Assembly: GCA_964610875.1 (NCBI GenBank)
Contig: CAZSWP010000010.1
Coordinates: 1-64,000 of the forward strand
Origin: an uncultured archaeon
GTDB taxonomy: Archaea > Asgardarchaeota > Thorarchaeia > Thorarchaeales > Thorarchaeaceae
Reading direction: 5' to 3'
DNA: 64,000 nt
This document shows, in pieces, positions 61,092 to 64,000 of this stretch. The notes beneath the pieces were generated by a model. That model saw only the letters and a program-made list of their open reading frames with translations. It was not told the origin of the DNA and searched no databases. The stretch's first letter is position 1; every line of letters begins with the position of its first letter. The position numbers and the translations under genes are program-made.

Positions 61092-62789
61092 TTGGAACAA
61101 CTCCCCTACAAGACGATATTGTGTGATGTTCTCGTAGTCGGTGCTGGTGGCGCTGGTTGTCGTGCTGCTATTGAAGCAACAAAGCACAATCTTGATGTCA
61201 TTATGATAAGCAAAGAACTCCTCGGTAAAGCACACACTGCTATGGCTGAGGGGGGTTACAATGTATCACTAGGAAACGTTGACCCTAAAGACGATGTTGA
61301 AACCCACTTCAAAGACACAATCGTTGGTGGCAACTACCTGAACAACCAAGACCTCGCACACATTCTGGTGGAGAATGCGGCCGATTGCATCTATGACCTT
61401 GAAGACATGGGTGCTGTATTCGACCGGACTCCTGAAGGCAAGATTGCCCAGAGACCTTTCGGTAAGCAGAGCTGGCGACGGACTGCCTATGCTTCTGATA
61501 GGACGGGGTCTGAAATCATGGTCACCTTAACAGAAGCCATCAGAAAGACCTCTGTAAGGGTGTTTGATGAGGTATTCGCGACAAAGATTCTTGTCAAAGA
61601 TGGAAGGGTGGCTGGTGTATGCGCTGTGGACTTGAAGTATGGTGACTATATTGTATTCAGAGCAAAGTCTATTGTCATGGCTACTGGTGGTGCAGGACGA
61701 ATCTACAAGGTCACCTCAAACGCCCAACTCGATGTTGGTGACGGTTATGCTATGGCCTATGAAGCCGGCGCAGAACTCATTGACATGGAAATGGTGCAAT
61801 TCCATCCAACATCGCAAGTTTTTCCTGAATCCGCTAAAGGCAAACTGGTCACTGAAGCAGTACGTGGAGAGGGTGGAATCCTGCTCAACAATAAGGGCGA
61901 GCGGTTCATGAACAAATACTATCCTGAAGTCATGGAGCTAGCTGGCCGTGACCAAGTGGCACGGTCGATCATGACAGAAGTACTTGAAGGTCGTGGCTCA
62001 CCAAACGGTGGAGCTTATCTAAGTATTTCTCACCTGCCAAAAAGAATTGTTGAGTTCCGGTTGGAGAGCATGATAGAACAGTTTGAAGACGCTGGTGTTG
62101 ACATTCGTGACGAACCCATGGAAGTTTCACCAACTGCACATCACTTCATGGGTGGTATCAAAATTGATACCAATTCTGAATCTACCATTCCTGGGATGTA
62201 TGCATCCGGCGAGTGTACCGGAGGAGTACATGGTGGAAACCGACTCGGAGGAAATGCCCTTGCAGACACACAGGTGTTCGGAGCCTTATCTGGAAAGAAC
62301 GCTGCGGAGTTTTCAAAGAAACATGCACACACTGGAATAGACAAAGATACTGTTCAGAAGGAATTCCAGCGACTAGAAGCCATGCTCGAACGAAAAGAAG
62401 GAATTTCACCTTCCGAAGCTCGTAAAGAGTTAACAGAACTCATGTGGAGCAAAGTACAGATTTTTAGAAATGAAGAAGATATGGCATACGCTGTGAAAGA
62501 ACTGAAGCGCATTGAGAAAGAAGTAGTTCCAAAGATCAAAGTTGATGTTGATGAGAAGCGCTTCAATCCTGGTTGGCATCAAGCACTTGAATTCGAACAC
62601 ATGGTCCTTACTGCAAGAATGGTAGCAGAAGCAGCATTCATGAGAAAAGGAAATCGTGGTGCTCACTATCGTGTAGATGCTGATCCTAAAGATAAGGGAT
62701 ACTTCAATATCATCATCAAAAAGAACAAGGATGGCGAGATGGAACTCTCAAAACAAGACGTTGTCGTCACAAAGATAGAACTGCCATGA
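61092..62789 (+). CDS. tfrA: Fumarate reductase flavoprotein subunit (TfrA type)
   Basis: GAGGAG, HTAMAEGG, QFHPT, TEAVRGEGG, RD.V.R, HHFMGG, HGGNRLGGN; RBS GGAGG before TTG 61092. Confidence 0.8.
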   Translation: MEQLPYKTILCDVLVVGAGGAGCRAAIEATKHNLDVIMISKELLGKAHTAMAEGGYNVSLGNVDPKDDVETHFKDTIVGGNYLNNQDLAHILVENAADCIYDLEDMGAVFDRTPEGKIAQRPFGKQSWRRTAYASDRTGSEIMVTLTEAIRKTSVRVFDEVFATKILVKDGRVAGVCAVDLKYGDYIVFRAKSIVMATGGAGRIYKVTSNAQLDVGDGYAMAYEAGAELIDMEMVQFHPTSQVFPESAKGKLVTEAVRGEGGILLNNKGERFMNKYYPEVMELAGRDQVARSIMTEVLEGRGSPNGGAYLSISHLPKRIVEFRLESMIEQFEDAGVDIRDEPMEVSPTAHHFMGGIKIDTNSESTIPGMYASGECTGGVHGGNRLGGNALADTQVFGALSGKNAAEFSKKHAHTGIDKDTVQKEFQRLEAMLERKEGISPSEARKELTELMWSKVQIFRNEEDMAYAVKELKRIEKEVVPKIKVDVDEKRFNPGWHQALEFEHMVLTARMVAEAAFMRKGNRGAHYRVDADPKDKGYFNIIIKKNKDGEMELSKQDVVVTKIELP

Positions 62790-62801
62790 GAGGAATCAAA
62801 G

Positions 62802-64000
62802 ATGGCAAAGATAATCAAAACCAAGGTTCAGAGATATAATCCTGACAAAGATGATGCACCATATCTGCAGGAGTTTGATGTCGAGTACGAGCCCGGAATG
62901 ACGGTCCTTGATGTACTCTTATCCATACAAGATGAATTCGACTCCAGTCTTGCCTTCCGTTGGGAGTGCAGAAGTGGTCAGTGTGGTTCCTGTGCAGTAC
63001 GCGTTAATGGCACTGCACGGATTGCATGCAGAACAAAAGCAGATCCTAATGGTCCTCTAATCTTGGAGCCCTTAGAGAAGATGCCTATAATAAAGGACCT
63101 TGTTACTGACATGGCACAGGTCACTCATAGAATACGTCGTATCAGGCCATATGTTGCTCGTGACAAACCTGCTCAACGTCCTGAGATAATCAAAGCCGAC
63201 CAGATTGAGAAACTCCGTGAAATTCGTAAATGTATTGAATGCAGCGCTTGTATCTCTAATTGCCCTATCGTGCGAGAAACATGGGATTACCCTGGTCCGA
63301 TGATAATTCGTCAGCTTGCACGACTTGAGCTGGATCCTCGCGATGTTGAAGACCGAGTTTCAATGGCAATGAACGAGTCTCTTTACAGTTGTACTACCTG
63401 CAAGATGTGTGAGGACATTTGTCCAAAGAGCATAAAGATTCCAAGTCTTGCTGTTGAGCTACTTCGTGCTAAGGCTGTCGAAGCGGGTTATCCACTTGCT
63501 GAAGGCCAACAGGGCTTTGTAGATCAGATAAAATCAACCGGTCGTGCAGTCCCTGAGAAAGACACACCATTACTCAAAGAGATTGAAACAGAAGAATTCC
63601 TTGTAGATAATCCACGTGGTCGTGTTGGCTTCTTCACAGGATGTTTGATTGACTACAGAATGCAGGAAACCGGTAGAGCCCTGATTGAGGTGTTAAACCG
63701 GAATGGTATCGATGTCATTGTACCAAAAGAACAATGGTGTTGTGCAAGTCCTGCGTTCAGAACCGGAGACCTTCATACAGCTAGTGCAGCTGCTGAGAGG
63801 GTCACAGAGATTTTTGAAATCGCTATGGAGAAATTCAACTTTGACATAGTGGTTGTTGCTTGTGCTGGGTGTGGTAAGACTCTTCGTGAAGACCACAAAC
63901 CCTACATTGAAGAGAAACGCGGCGAACCACCAAAGTTCAAAGTATATGACATGGCAGAGTACATGCTTGATGTGATTGGAATAGAGAACATTGTTCTTCC
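62802..64000 (+). CDS. tfrB: Thiol:fumarate reductase subunit B (2Fe-2S, two 4Fe-4S, CCG domain), partial; missing from the ORF track because it runs off the window
   Basis: Manual translation: CRSGQCGSC, CIECSACISNCP, CTTCKMCEDICP, FFTGC...QWCCASP...ACAGC. Confidence 0.85.
   Translation, partial: MAKIIKTKVQRYNPDKDDAPYLQEFDVEYEPGMTVLDVLLSIQDEFDSSLAFRWECRSGQCGSCAVRVNGTARIACRTKADPNGPLILEPLEKMPIIKDLVTDMAQVTHRIRRIRPYVARDKPAQRPEIIKADQIEKLREIRKCIECSACISNCPIVRETWDYPGPMIIRQLARLELDPRDVEDRVSMAMNESLYSCTTCKMCEDICPKSIKIPSLAVELLRAKAVEAGYPLAEGQQGFVDQIKSTGRAVPEKDTPLLKEIETEEFLVDNPRGRVGFFTGCLIDYRMQETGRALIEVLNRNGIDVIVPKEQWCCASPAFRTGDLHTASAAAERVTEIFEIAMEKFNFDIVVVACAGCGKTLREDHKPYIEEKRGEPPKFKVYDMAEYMLDVIGIENIVL

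Overview
64 kb of an archaeal chromosome, probably Asgard (Thorarchaeia-like). That assignment is an inference from the archaeal information-processing genes plus EMC6-like and Vps29-like genes. Most of the window is housekeeping: tRNA modification, a proteasome beta subunit, NOG1, RtcA, ProRS, a MutS-like ATPase, NEMF/Rqc2, NAD and pyrimidine enzymes, fumarase and a thiol:fumarate reductase. A decayed accessory region spans about 33-45.6 kb. The main discovery is six short (29-33 nt) bulge-helix-bulge (BHB)-type introns, all folded by hand. (1) A 33-nt intron (8468-8500) with an in-frame TGA sits inside a PROTEIN-CODING gene, a peroxiredoxin, in the codon right after the peroxidatic Cys. Cutting at the canonical BHB positions exactly restores FTPVCTTEF. 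The gene is divergent from a Fur/PerR regulator and has Fur-like boxes at its promoter. (2) tRNA-Asn(GTT) at 44428-44626 carries FOUR introns (22/23, 28/29, 37/38, 59/60). (3) A tRNA(CAT), likely Ile2, has an intron at 43/44. A second highlight is a circular-bacteriocin-like cluster (SpoIIM/DUF95, Yip1, ABC exporters, hydrophobic precursor) bounded by diverged direct repeats. A third is a possible isoprenoid-alcohol salvage locus (linalool dehydratase/isomerase homolog, prenol kinase, isopentenyl phosphate kinase). All product calls come from motif recognition; no database searches were run.
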